From Octopus sinensis (taxonomy: Eukaryota): a DNA stretch of 64,000 bases. Below the pieces are notes generated by a model, which saw only the letters and a list, made by a program, of their open reading frames with translations, had not been told where the DNA came from and ran no database searches. Made by a program: the position numbers and the translations under genes. Positions 1 to 11,989 of this stretch are shown piece by piece. The DNA lies in NCBI RefSeq assembly GCF_006345805.1, contig NC_043003.1:104656001-104720000 (forward strand), read 5' to 3'. Each line of letters starts with the position of its first letter. The stretch's first letter is position 1.

Positions 1-2940
1 AAGGTGACACAGGTAATGATCACGCTCGAGTGGTGCTTTTTACGTGCCATCGGTACGGAGGCCAGCTTGTTGCTCTGGCAACGATCACGCTCGTATGGTA
101 CTCTTAGCGTTCCCCTAGCACGGATGCCAGTCATCGAATTTGATTTCGATTTCACTTACCTCAACAGGTCTTCGCAAGCAGAGTTTAGTGTCCAATGAAG
201 GAAAGGTATGCATAAGTGGGCTGGTTACACTCCTGGCATAGGCCACAAGGTTATGGTCTCACTTGCCGAGTCTTCTCAAGCACAGCATATCTCCAAAGGT
301 CCCAGTCACTAGTCATTGCCTCGGTGAGGCCCAAACGTTCGAAGGTCAGGCTTCACCACCTCATCCCAGGTCTTCCTGTTCCACAGGTTCCCTCAATCGC
401 TAGGGTGTGGCACTTTCTCACACAGCTATCCACATCCATTCTTGCCACATGGCCATACCAGCGTAGACGTCTCTCTTGCACACCACATCTGATGCTTCTT
501 AGGTCCAACTTTTCTCTCAATATACTTACACTCTATCGAGTATACACACTGACATTACACATCCATCGGAGCATACTGGCTTCATTCCTTGCGAGCATAC
601 GCATGTCCTCAGCAGTCACGGCCCATGTTTCACTGCCATGTAGCATGGCTGTTCATACACATATGTCATACAGTCCAAGTTTTACTCTGAGCGAGTCCTT
701 TTGTCACCAGCAGAGGTAAGAGCTCTCTAAACTTTGCCCAGGCTATTCTTATTCTAGCAGTTACACTTTCAGCACACCCGCCCACACTACTGACTTTGTC
801 ACCTAGGTAACGGAAGCTATCAACTACTTCTAGGTTTTCTCCATGGAATGTGGCGGAAGTTGTTCTCTGCACATTTTCAGTGTTTGTTGCTCCTGAGCAT
901 CTGCCACATACAAAAACTATCTTCCCATTTAGCCTTCCTTTGATATTGCTGCACCTCTTATGTGTCCATAGGTACATCTTATAGATGTACACTAGATACA
1001 TCTTATAGAGTTTCTACCAATGCCTTTTCTATAGATCAAGCAGGGCAATCTACTTGAAGGGATTTGTGGTTTGCCTGCCTTCCTACTTATTAGGACTTTG
1101 GTTTTAGCTAGGTTGAATCTAAAGCCCTTCAATTCTAATCCTTGTTTCCACACCTGAAACTTCTCCTCTAGTTCTGATAGTGACTCAGCAATTAGAGCAA
1201 GGTCATCAGCATAGAGGAGCTCCCAGGGGCATCCTGTCTTGAATTCCTCCGTAATTGCCTGGAGGACTATGATAAATAGGAGGGGGCTGACGACTGATCC
1301 TTGGTGGACCCCTACCTCTACCTTGAATTCTTCACTGTACTCGTTGCCAACCCTTACCTTACTTACAGCATCCCTGTACATGGCTTGCACAGCTCTCACT
1401 AACCATTCATCTATCCCTTGTTTCCTCATTGACAACCAGATAAGGAATCGGGGGACCCTGTCAAAGGCTTTTTCCATGTCAACGAAAGCCAGGTACAGGG
1501 GCTTATCTTTGGCTAGGTATTTCTCCTGCAATTGTCTTACCAGAAATATAGCATCAATGGTGCTTTTCCCTGGCACAAACCCAAACTGCATCTCATCTAA
1601 ACTGACTCTCTCCCTAATTAGTTGGGCTATGACCCTCTCCGTGACCTTCATTACCTGATCCAACAGCTTGATAACTCTGTAATTATTTGTATCTAAAGCG
1701 TCACCTTTACCTTTGTAGCAGTTGACTATTATGCTGCTACACCAGTCACTGGGAATGACTCCTTCGTGTATCACCTGGTTAACTATACGGGTGACTAGGC
1801 TATAGCCGACACTGCCAGATATTTTGAGCATCTCTGCAGTAATTCCTGATGGGCCAGGGGCTTTCCCTGTCTTCATACTTTTAATTGCTTTATCTACCAA
1901 GGTACTGTCAACTCAGATAGCTTGGTTCCTCTGTTGGGTTGACATTCGGCAGACTCTCTCCCATTCATTTTCTTGATTCGGCAACCTTCCATAGTGGTGT
2001 CTCCAAACCTCTCTCTTTGCAGCATCCATGTGAACACATTTCTCTCCTACAACATCATGATTCTCTCTCACACACTGTCTTGCAACACGAAATATCTCAA
2101 GTCTTTGGTCCTCTCGGTGCAGAACATTGGCAAACTTTTTTCTTATCTGCTTTCCCTCTGGCTAAATATACCTGTCTCCTAGCTTCCCTTCTGGCAGTCT
2201 GATACAGTTCCCTGCTACCACCGTTCTTCCAGTCCTTCCAAGCCTGTTTCTTTTGTCTAATCGCCCTGTCTACAACATTGTTCCACCACCATGTTATTTT
2301 GGGCCAAGAAGGGACTTTGCACCATCCACAGATCTGGTCAGTGGCTCTCAGCAGGTTGTCCCATAGAAACCTCCAGTTGTCTTCTACACCGTGTGAAGCT
2401 ATATCCCCTTCTATTTTGTCAAAGGCTTCGAGTAATATGTCTCTAAATCTCTGTCCATTTGCAAGATCTTTAAGCTTCCAGACCCTTCTCCTCCACGCTG
2501 GGCGTCCACTTAGCTCTGATCCTAAAGTCACTAACAACCAGTCTATGTTGTGGAGTACATTCTTCGTCTGGGAAGGTTTTGGCATTTATAAGCAGCCATC
2601 ATTCCCTTTTTCTGGCGAGGATGTAGTCAATTTGGTTAGTGTGTCTGCCAGATCGGTAGGTGACTAGGTGACTGGCAGGTGTCCTGAAGTTAGTGTTGCA
2701 AACCATAAGATCATTTGCATCGCAGAACTCCAGCCTGGATCCCTCCTCGTTGCAGGAACCATAACCGTAGCCTTCATGTACGCCATGGAAGCCCCCTGTA
2801 TGTTGTCCAACATGTCCATTGAAGTCACCAGACACAAAGAGAAGGTCCCTGTCATTCGTCAACGAGGTAGTCTGCAAGAAGGTGTCATAGAGTCAGTCTT
2901 TCTGTCCATCAGGTAGCCCCGGCTGAGGAGCATAGGCCGA
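1..2940 (-). mobile_element. RTE-clade LINE (APE endonuclease + RT), 5'-truncated and frameshifted; 3' UTR runs off the left edge
   Basis: ORF 2599-2877 has endonuclease motifs (VSGDFNGHVG, QIDYIL; AYAPQ just upstream). ORF 992-1900 is RT (QFGFVPGKST, FVDMEKAFDRV, GVHQGS, LLYADD). The 1-300 UTR is the reverse complement of the UTR at 20000-20300. Confidence 0.93.
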
Positions 2941-3693
2941 TATAATGGTTGCTAACCCATTAATATGAACACTTAAGATGTTTTTAGGTGTTTTTTTCTC
3001 TTACACACACATAACACCGCCTTACTTGGTTGGGACTACACATCATTCCATAAAATTTGTTTATGGGGAGAAAAATATTGAGTGAGAAATGAAGAGAGAG
3101 GTTTGGGGATGTGCTAGAAACAACAGCCAGATTTCCCTTAAATCACACATTTTCCTCTGAAAATATTAATCCTTTATTTTTTAAACTGAAAATGTTTCTC
3201 TCACGGGTTTTAAGTGTATAAAAATAGCCAAAATTGTTTCAGACTGGGGTGGTGAGGGGGTGGCAGATACCTCCCATCATTCTGAAGGCTTTGATTTAAA
3301 AACATTGGGAAAAAACCCAGTCAAAACTGAGAAATTCCAACTTATATGGGCCATCTGATCCAAAACTCTATTTTACAGAACTCCCACCACCACCATCTTC
3401 TAAAACTTTTGCCGACAAATTTCTTTGTAATCATAATCTATACTGTTTGAAAGGTATTTGTATAAAATTTCATTAAAAAATACCTATTTTCCAGAAAGTT
3501 ATGAGGGGGAAAATGTCAGGTCCTGTGAATTTTCCAAAACAGGATATAAACAATTATTTGGTGAAAGTTTCATTAAAAAGTATCCATTTTTCAGGAAGTT
3601 ATGAGGTTGCCTTTTTCAATAAAAATTAATGTTAACTTCTATTACATTTTCAAAGAATTAACGGAGATAACGTTTCAATTAACGGTGCCCAAC

Positions 3694-3724
<31 letters not shown>

Positions 3725-3743
3725 GTATATATATATATATATA

Positions 3744-4070
3744 TATTATATTAAATTAGAGATAAAACCACTATTAGGCAAATCAAAATAATATATAAAT
3801 ATAAAAATATACATACATACATATATATATATTTGTATATATATATAAAATTTATAAGTTTAAATTATTTAAATAATTTTTTTATTTTTAACTTTTATAT
3901 TTTTAAATTAATTTTATGTATTGGCTTATGTTGTTCACTGTTTGATTTGCCTAATAGTGGTTTTATCTCTAATTTAATATAATATAATATAATATATTTA
4001 TACTATAAAATTGGATTTAATCCTAAATCTCATTTTTCCCTGTAAGTTTGGATTTATTCCCTAATATTAT
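3744..4070. repeat. Fold-back element: perfect 44-bp inverted arms (3744-3787 / 3941-3984) plus a unique tail, between (TA)n tracts
   Basis: tattatattaaattagagataaaaccactattaggcaaatcaaa and its exact reverse complement. Confidence 0.85.
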
Positions 4071-4075
4071 TATAT

Positions 4076-4140
<65 letters not shown>

Positions 4141-4324
4141 TATATATATTATATACACATAGCCAAAGTAGATAGTGGAGCATATTGTAGTCTTTAGACT
4201 GTCAATTCCTGTCAAACCATCCAACTCATGTCAGCATGAAACATAGACATTAAATGATGATAGTTTAACTCGTGGTATGTTCACCTCCCTCACTATTACT
4301 TAACTTGTCCTGAATACATACACT

Positions 4325-4670
4325 ATCATCATCATCATTGTTTAACATCCGTTTTCCATGCTAGCATGGGTTGGACGGTTCAACTGGGGTCTGGGAAGCC
4401 AGGAGGCTGCACCAGGTTCCAGTCTGATCTGGCAGTGTTTCTACAGCTGGATGCCCTTCCTAACACCAACCACTCTGTGAGTGTAGTGGGTGCTTTTTAC
4501 GTGCCAGGCGAGGATGGCAATGGCCACGATCGGTCGGTGCTTTTTACGTGCCACCGGCACAGAGCCAGTCAAGGTGGTGCTGGCATCAACCATGTACGGA
4601 TGGTGCTTTTTATGTGCCACCAGCACAGGTGCCAGGGGAGGCTGGCAACGGCCACGATCGGTTGGTGGTT
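4325..4670 (-). mobile_element. RTE LINE 3'-end fragment with (GAT)n tail and 2-3 internal ~63-bp units
   Basis: catcatcatcattgtttaacatccg...ccatgctagcatgggttggacgg tail signature, shared with LINE-linked copies at 46995 and 55622. Confidence 0.85.
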
Positions 4671-4876
4671 TTAAAACCTTCACCTGTACTTAATGTTGAG
4701 AAACATTAATGGCATCAGTTTCACCAGTCAAGGAATATCTCATTACAAACGTAAACCTTTCTCCAGACTCAGCAAAGTAAAGAAATATTATGGATTAAGG
4801 GACTCATCTGAAACAAATGCATACAGAAAAGCAGAGAAACTCATAACAAACGCAAAGTGAGAAACCTGCTACTAAC

Positions 4877-5645
4877 CTGCTGAACTGTACAGCATCAACA
4901 GCAACAATATCCAGTTGTGGGAACGCTCTTCCTAATGTGTTGTAGCTTGGAGAAGCTTGTGCACTAAAATGACACCACGGAGCGTAGAAGAACACAAGAA
5001 TACAGTCTGAACCAGTAGCATTATTCTCAAAAGTTAATTTCTGTAACAAAGTGGTGCCATTCACCATCTGTACGCTTCCAGTTGTATTCTCTGTGATGTT
5101 TTTACCTGTACAGTGGAAGCGTGGTTTTTTACTAATAGTCTCATTTTTATCTTGGTCTGCAGCCGAGATCTCCCCCATTGCACTACTGTTAGAGCTGGTA
5201 TTTGTAGTGGGCTCAGCACTTGCATCAACTGCTGCTGTCGTGCCACTCTCTGTTGTTCCGTTTGTTGTTGATGAGTCAGCTACAACAGGAACTCCTTCCT
5301 CAGCAGTATTTGTTTCCTCTGCTTTGATGTAAAGCTCTATTTCCTTTTGAAGATCTGAGATGAAGGCCAAGAAAGAATACTGCACAGATTCTGGAATTAA
5401 CAAAGAAACCCATTCCTGCCAAGGTTCTTTCTCTTGACCAACTTGTGTTGTTTCTTCGGGTGTCTTCTGTGTAGCATCAGTAGCTGAGGATTCAGTCTCC
5501 CCATCAAGTGGTTTAACTACAGTCTCTGGAGATATAGAATCTTTGGTAGCAGAGTCAGTTGGTGGGTTTTGTCCAGAATTTGGATTTTCTTCCTTAGAAT
5601 TTTGCTGAGTATTTTCCCTGACATCGGATGCCTGCAGGGATGTAA
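4877..5645 (-). CDS. TXNDC15: Thioredoxin domain-containing protein 15-like, coding exon 2 (acidic S/T-rich stalk + start of Trx fold)
   Basis: Translation includes CILVFFYAPWCHFSAQASPSYNTLGRAFPQLDIVAVDAVQFS (CxxS thioredoxin motif, like human WCRFS). Acceptor tttctcttttAG at 5647-5646, donor GTTAGT at 4876. Phase fits exon 1. Confidence 0.85.
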
Positions 5646-6863
5646 CTAAAAGAGAAAAAAGATATTTCCATATCAATATATTTCATAGAAATGTGAAAGT
5701 GAAAAAAAAAATAAGAGAGTTTCAGACTAAATGTAGTATTGAGTTTCAAATCCTAACCATGTCTTTTTTCTTTTTTATCTTTTATTGACCATGGGTCAAT
5801 AACATAAGAATCAATACTGTTATATAATAATCTAAATCAATCAATTACATCTGTCTTATTGGTACACTTTTTATATTATTAACTCCAGGGGGGATGAAAA
5901 CCACAGATATGATTTGAACTAAGGACAATGAAATTTATAACTAGATACAACAAAATAAATAGTGCAATATTTTAGTGTCCCAGACAGTTTTCCTACTTTA
6001 GAAAAAAAAACCCCAATCAAAATCCATCATAAGGACTTAGAGAAAAAAATTGTCAAATTAAGTTTCACGTATCACAAAAATGTGATGCACTTTAGTTTCA
6101 AGCATCCAGCTCTGCTTCGTTGTATGTTCACTTTTCGTGCTTGCACACGTTGGATGGTTCTACTCATTCATACATTCGATTTTTTGTATGGTTTCTACAG
6201 CTGGACACCCTTCCTAACACCAACCACTTTACAATATTGGGTGAGAGGTTGTCATGTCTTTGAAAAGGCTAAAGGGAACTTCTACACACCACATTTAACA
6301 AGACGCACCAGTATTAGAGAGGATAGGAGTGACAGTATGATAGATAGCAACAGGTAGATAAACGAACATATTTTTAAAATACAGTTGCTAACTTAAAGAA
6401 AATATTTAAGTCTCTTAGATTCTGAGTATTATTGTACCTAATATAATTCAGCTCTAAACTCAATTGAGAAGTCGACAACCTTAATCCATGATCCAACAAA
6501 TAAACTGCATTCATGCAACTATAAGAAAGGAATCACCATTTTCATCATTTTAATGTTCCTTTTTCCATGCTTGCATGAGTGAGACTGAGTTTAATGAAGC
6601 AGATGCCCTTCATGTTGCTAACCCTCACCTCACGATGCTAACCTGCCAAGCAAGGTAATATTTCCTGATAGTCAGAATATATATATATATATATATATAT
6701 CAAATGAAAATATATAAAGCTTGAAACACGTGTACCACAACATCCTTTGTGTTCTGTTTTTGATTTCATTTGATGCATATACCCTCTCACCTCTGCTACT
6801 AGCTGGCATATACAGGTACTTACACTTATCAAGTATTCACCCTAAATTTATTATATATATATA

Positions 6864-7121
6864 GGGAGAGTTTATGAAAAAAACAAAAGATGAAGACAGG
6901 TGGTGTACAAAACAAACAGATGTATTAGTATAACACTCAGGAATAGAAAAACTCTTTTACGTTTCGAGCCTACACTCTTCTACAGAAAGGGACACAGAAA
7001 AAACAAGGAGAAAGGAAAGACCAGAAAATACAGGAAAGTTTAGAAACTATAAAAATAAAGTAATGATAATAATAACAGTTTTATGTAAAGTTCCAAGGCT
7101 TTTTGACGTGGTGTATTGCAA

Positions 7122-7159
<38 letters not shown>

Positions 7160-7414
7160 AGAGTTTATGAAAAAAACAAAAGATGAAGACAGGTGGTGTA
7201 CAAAACAAACAGATGTATTAGTATAACACTCAGGAATAGAAAAACTCTTTTACGTTTCGAGCCTACACTCTTCTACAGAAAGGGACACAGAAAAAACAAG
7301 GAGAAAGGAAAGACCAGAAAATACAGGAAAGTTTAGAAACTATAAAAATAAAGTAATGATAATAATAACAGTTTTATGTAAAGTTCCAAGGCTTTTTGAC
7401 GTGGTGTATTGCAA

Positions 7415-7416
<2 letters not shown>
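6864..7416. repeat. Identical 260-bp tandem duplication (6864-7123, 7157-7416; period 293) separated by (AT)n; each copy holds a Penelope-like terminus
   Basis: Base-by-base identity of the two copies; minus-strand motif ctgtagaagagtgtaggctcgaaacgta in each. Confidence 0.9.
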
Positions 7417-7445
<29 letters not shown>

Positions 7446-7984
7446 CGCACAAACACACACAAACAATAAATCTCTTCCAACTTCCAACAATCAAATCCAC
7501 TCACAAGTAGCAGACACCTAGTGAAGGTACCACACAATGGCACTAAATTTGAAAGCATATGGTTAGGAAACAAACATCACATACGTTTATGTTAGAAGAA
7601 AATTAAATGGGTCATTACATATGTTACTTGAAGGACTTCTTGACCAACTTCATTATGAATGCATGTAATTTGGAAGACATGTACAGAAGAGAAGGGAACG
7701 AAGAGTCTATCACTCACAGATTGTTGCAAATTGCTACTTCAGTTCTGTAAGTAACTACAAGTGAACCTCTTGAAATTGTGTTCAGTGAGGTAGAACAAAT
7801 TATTACGGGTAAAATACTGTAATTTTTTGGACTCTCTAGGTGCAAGTAGGGTTGTGTGGGTAGAAAAGAAGTTTGCTTCCCAACCACATGGTTTCGGGGT
7901 GAGTCCCATTGCGAGGTACTTTGGACAATGTCAAACTCTATAACAATGAGCTTGCTAAATCTTTGCCCTTGTGAGTGGACTTCA

Positions 7985-8250
7985 TCATCATCATCATTTA
8001 ACGTCCGCCTTCCATGCTAGCATGGGTTGGACGATTTGACTGAGGTCTGGTGAACCAGACTCCAATCTGATCTGGCAGAGTTTCTACAGCTGGATGCCCT
8101 TCCTAACACCAACCACTCCGAGAGTGTAGTGGGTGCTTTTACATGTCACCGGCACAAGGGCCAGTTTGGTGGTATTGGCAACGGCCACGCCCAAATGGTG
8201 CTTTTTATGTGCCACCTGCACAGGAGCCAGTCCAGCGGCACTGGCGACTT
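7985..8250 (-). mobile_element. RTE LINE 3'-end fragment
   Basis: catcatcatcatttaacgtccg... tail plus one internal unit. Confidence 0.8.
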
Positions 8251-8329
8251 GGTGGACAGAAACTAAAAGAAACAAACCAGTCATATATATATAAATATAA
8301 AGTAAGATGAGGATTCCAACAGAATCAGG

Positions 8330-8605
8330 AACTTGAAAAGGTATGCACCAGGTAGGGTTGGGTAATGTCTGTGGTTCTGAGCTATGGTTGGTGAGAGTCA
8401 AAATATGAGATAGGATAATTCGGTTGTGTACACAGAGAAAACCAACCCTATGAGTATTTGGCGCCTAAGGGAGCTAGTCCAAATTACGCATTACTTTGAG
8501 TAGTACGTCCAACAAGTCATAAATTCTCTTGGTGTATTATAATAAATGAATAATAACATACAATGGATAATTGTCAGCTCGTTACAGCTGTTTGTTATGT
8601 AAATT
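8330..8605. repeat. Dispersed repeat of unknown class (second copy ~26915-27180)
   Basis: Shared blocks gcaccaggtagggtt and cggttgtgtacacagagaaaaccaaccctatgagt. Confidence 0.7.
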
Positions 8606-8699
8606 TTTAATAGAAGAATGAGAAGATTGCGTCATTAAGAAAGACTTTTAATCATCAGATGAGAAGTAATTCTACAAGACAAAAATTGTTGAACCACCA

Positions 8700-9453
8700 T
8701 CTGTGAGTTACCAAAGGATATGCAGATTAGTTATGGTCCAGTTCAGTCCATTATCATTGAAGATTTGGGAAGGTGTATCTGCCAAGTTTGTGCCAAAACT
8801 GCCATGAAGACACTCAGGTTGCAGTTGCCCAAGATCTCCTTGATTGTGTAGAGAAAAACTTTTTCAAAATGGTCATAACAGGTGATGAATTGTGGGTCTA
8901 TGGCTATGACCCTGAAACACAGGCTCAGTTTTTGCAGTGGAAGACCCCCAACCTTTCATGAGTCACAGCAATGTGAACACACTTAACTTCTTTAACAATA
9001 AGGGGATTGTTCATCATGAATATGCTCCACCTAGTCAGACAGTAAACAAGGAGTACCATCGTGACGTTTTGCAGCATTTGCGGAATGCCATAATTGCATA
9101 CTTCCAGTGAGTGGCAACTGCACTCTGACAACAAACCTGCCCATTCAGTGCAGCTTGTGCAGCAGTTTTTGGCTAGGCACAGCACTGCCCAGGTCCGACA
9201 GCAACCATATTCCCAGATCTCACCCCTTGCAACTTTTTCCTCTTTCCAAAAATCAAATCCCACTTGAAAGGAAGAAGATTTCAGGATGTCAAAGAAATCA
9301 AAGTGAATATGATAAGGCAGCTGCTGGTTATCCCAGAAAATGAACTCCAGGAATGCTTCCATCAATGGAAACAGCACTGGATTAAGTGTGTGGCTTCCAA
9401 AGGGGACTACTTTGAAGGAAGCACCAGTCCAGATACTTATTGATCAGACCCCG
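8700..9453 (+). mobile_element. Mariner transposase relic with right TIR
   Basis: Frames give VITGDELWVYGYDPET and PYSPDLTPCNFFLFPKIKSHLKGRRF; terminus ttattgatcagaccccg followed by TA. Confidence 0.88.
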
Positions 9454-9471
9454 TATATATATATATATATA

Positions 9472-9866
9472 TTTCTTTATTGCCCACAAGGGGCTAAACA
9501 TAGAGGGAACAAACGGATTAAGTCGATTACAACGACCCCAGTGCGAAACTGGTACTTTATTTATCGACCCCAAAAGGATGAAAGGCAAAGTCGACCTCGG
9601 AGGAATTTTAACTCAGAATGTACAACAGATGAAATACCTATTTCTTTACTACCCACAAGGGGCTAAATACAGAAGGGACAAACAAGGACAGACACACGGA
9701 TTAAGTCGATTGTATCAACCCCAGTTCGTAACTGGTACTTTATTTATCGACCCCGAAAGGATGAAAGGCAAAGTCGACCTTGGTGGAATTTGAACTCAGA
9801 ACGTAACGACAGACGAAATACCACTAAGCATTTCGTCCGGCGCACTAACATGTCTGCCAGCTCGCC
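9472..9866 (-). mobile_element. tRNA-derived SINE with Nin/Deu-like core; one full copy (9645-9866) plus one partial tandem copy
   Basis: Minus head GGCGAGCTGGCAGA...GAGTTCAAATTCC; core GGTCGACTTTGCCTTTCATCCTTTCGGGGTCGATAAA present twice. Confidence 0.75.
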
Positions 9867-9883
9867 TTATATATATATATATA

Positions 9884-10281
9884 TCTATATATATAAACGG
9901 CAGTTTGTCTGTCTGTGTGTCTGTCAGGTTGTACCCTCACCCTGACCACGGCTTTCAACCGATTCTGATGAAACTTGACACACACATAGCCCAATGTCAT
10001 AATTCAAAACTAACGCAGCGAAAATTTTGAAAAGTTCCCCCAGTTCTGAAAATAATTGATAAATTTGACATGGGGTCGAGAATCTAAGCTTTTTATATGC
10101 AACACATTTTCTGTCGGGAGACAGCTAGGAACATCGTATGCATAGAAGTATTCGAGTGAAGAGAAGACATTGCAACCTACACATGCGCCTTCATTCCCTA
10201 GAGGGAAAGAACTAGATTGGGATTAGTCGTTGCCTACTAGGGGCTCTTACATACCCGGGCAACGCTGGGCTATGCTGCTAG
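9884..10281 (+). mobile_element. Non-autonomous Helitron
   Basis: 5' A|TCTATATATATAAA followed by a gtct microsatellite; 3' hairpin cccgggcaacgctggg then CTAG|T; no TSD. Confidence 0.88.
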
Positions 10282-11511
10282 TATATATATAAAATCATCA
10301 TTGCTTTAAGGCACATTCTCCCATGCTTACACAGGTCAGATAATTTATTGAAAAATGGAAGTGAGGGACACTGGTGTATAATGGAGACGCTCTTTTACAA
10401 CTATTGTGGTCAAGACAAGGAAACACCAACTTACACATACACGCCCACACACATATACACTTTGACTTAGAGGTCACGTGATATATCCAGACTAATTTCA
10501 TACTAAACTGACCATGGTGTCATGTACGTCAAAATCGCAGTCTAGGCCCTTTTCGATATTGTAAGCAGTTAAAGTCCTATGCATGTTCTATTTGTTAGAA
10601 GTTGAAGACGTATAAGAATATTCATGTGCATATAAGATAGTTTATTTTCATTCAACCCTTCTGGGCGTATTTAGCACAAGGCCCGAGATGTTGTTGTTCT
10701 TTGGGCCTCTGATCAAGTAGACTTATGCCCAAAGATTCTCCAGCTGTGACCATCAACCTCTCTCCTCCCACCCCGTTATTACATCCGTCTAGGGAGACGG
10801 TCTTAAACTCTGACCGACGGACTTTCGGTATAGCTATCACTTCCACTTGGAGAAGGAAAAGGGTGGTTGTTACCTTCTGTGAAAGAAGTTTTTCACCAAA
10901 GAAATTTGGTTCGTTTACATTTTTGTCCCACAATTCCGGGCCCTTTCTGATAAATTATTACATCCATCTTGCGAAACGAATATACATACAAAAAGTTACT
11001 CCTTCTTTCTAGCTAGTGAGTTATGCTTTTAAGACAATAAAGTGTACGATTTGAGGTAGATTTGGCCGTTATTTCTAGCAGATCAGGCTACCTTGTAAAA
11101 GCTTCCCTTATTGGTGAGCGGTGTGATGCGACGTCCATGTGATGCGTCGGGAACATTCGCGACGTAAGTGAATTAAAAGTGCTTCCCCCGGTAATGAAAT
11201 TCAGTTATATACATTTTGTTTTTGTTTTTTGCTCGGGTCAAACACTTTAGTTTGACCAGAAAGAGAATATGTGCTCAAAAAAAGCACCATTGTAACAAAA
11301 AAAAATTAAATTATCGATGATATACAGTGGTTGAGTTCTTACATGAAATATTAAAATTCAGCCGAACTTAACATAACACAAGACGATACTTGTTTTATTT
11401 TGTTCTTTATAATTACCGTCTAAACCTCTTATTGAGGTAATTACACAGAAACATTGTTAAATATGTGATATGCACGAGAATATATTACAATAGAAAATAG
11501 TTCTCTCTTAC

Positions 11512-11569
11512 CTAGCGTTACAAACACTGCCAGGCTATAAACACAAACAAACAAGCTGGGAGCAGCCAT
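11512..11569 (-). CDS. TXNDC15: TXNDC15-like coding exon 1 (signal peptide MAAPSLFVCVYSLAVFVTL)
   Basis: Strong Kozak aatATGG; 58 nt ending at donor GTAAGA. Phase-1 G joins exon-2 TT to give ...VTL-V-TSLQA-SDV, a plausible signal peptide and cleavage site. Confidence 0.75.
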
Positions 11570-11640
11570 ATTTGAATATACATCTGCCGAAGTTCGCCAG
11601 AAAACGGTCTGTGATTGGTCGTCGTACAGCGAATATACTT
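11570..11640 (-). promoter_or_regulatory. Putative TXNDC15 5' UTR/promoter with CCAAT box, CpG-retaining region
   Basis: CCAAT on minus at 11618-11614; 10700-12100 is visibly richer in CpG than the flanks. Confidence 0.4.
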
Positions 11641-11761
11641 GCACTGGACAAATGAAGAGATTGCTTATATCAACTACAATTCATTGAAAAAGCAAAAAAT
11701 AAAACCCGAGTCACTGTCTACGGTTATGTTAACTTTTTTTCTTATGGATGAAAGCATTAAA

Positions 11762-11989
11762 AGCTGGGCGATCTTTCGGTACAAGTACCATAACTGCCAA
11801 TTATAAACCCACGTGGGTTTATTTACATTTCTGAAGAAAAAAGAAACCCTTTTCCCCCACCTCTAACCCTAACCCTAACTCCACATATATAAAAAAAAAA
11901 GAACTTTACGGAAACTTTACGACCTTCTTCAAATGTAAACAAACAGACTTGGCAGTTATGGTACTTGTACCAAAAGATCGCCAAAAGCT
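11762..11989. mobile_element. MITE with ~38-bp TIRs and internal (TAACCC)n
   Basis: ggcgatctttcggtacaagtaccataactgccaa at 11767 vs reverse complement at 11949-11982; interior shared with 50859-51288. Confidence 0.78.

Noticed and set aside
8580-8605. Minus-strand AAACAGCTGTA resembling a hammerhead 3' half
   Set aside because: G12 is absent and no CTGANGA half is present in this copy or in the 26915 copy.
10652-11012. 93- and 95-aa ORFs in intron 1
   Set aside because: No recognisable motifs, a non-ATG start for the minus ORF, and no consistent splice phase with TXNDC15.
11860-11882. (TAACCC)n telomeric repeats here and at 51160-51186
   Set aside because: Only 2-3 units, internal to MITEs; not a telomere or fusion site.
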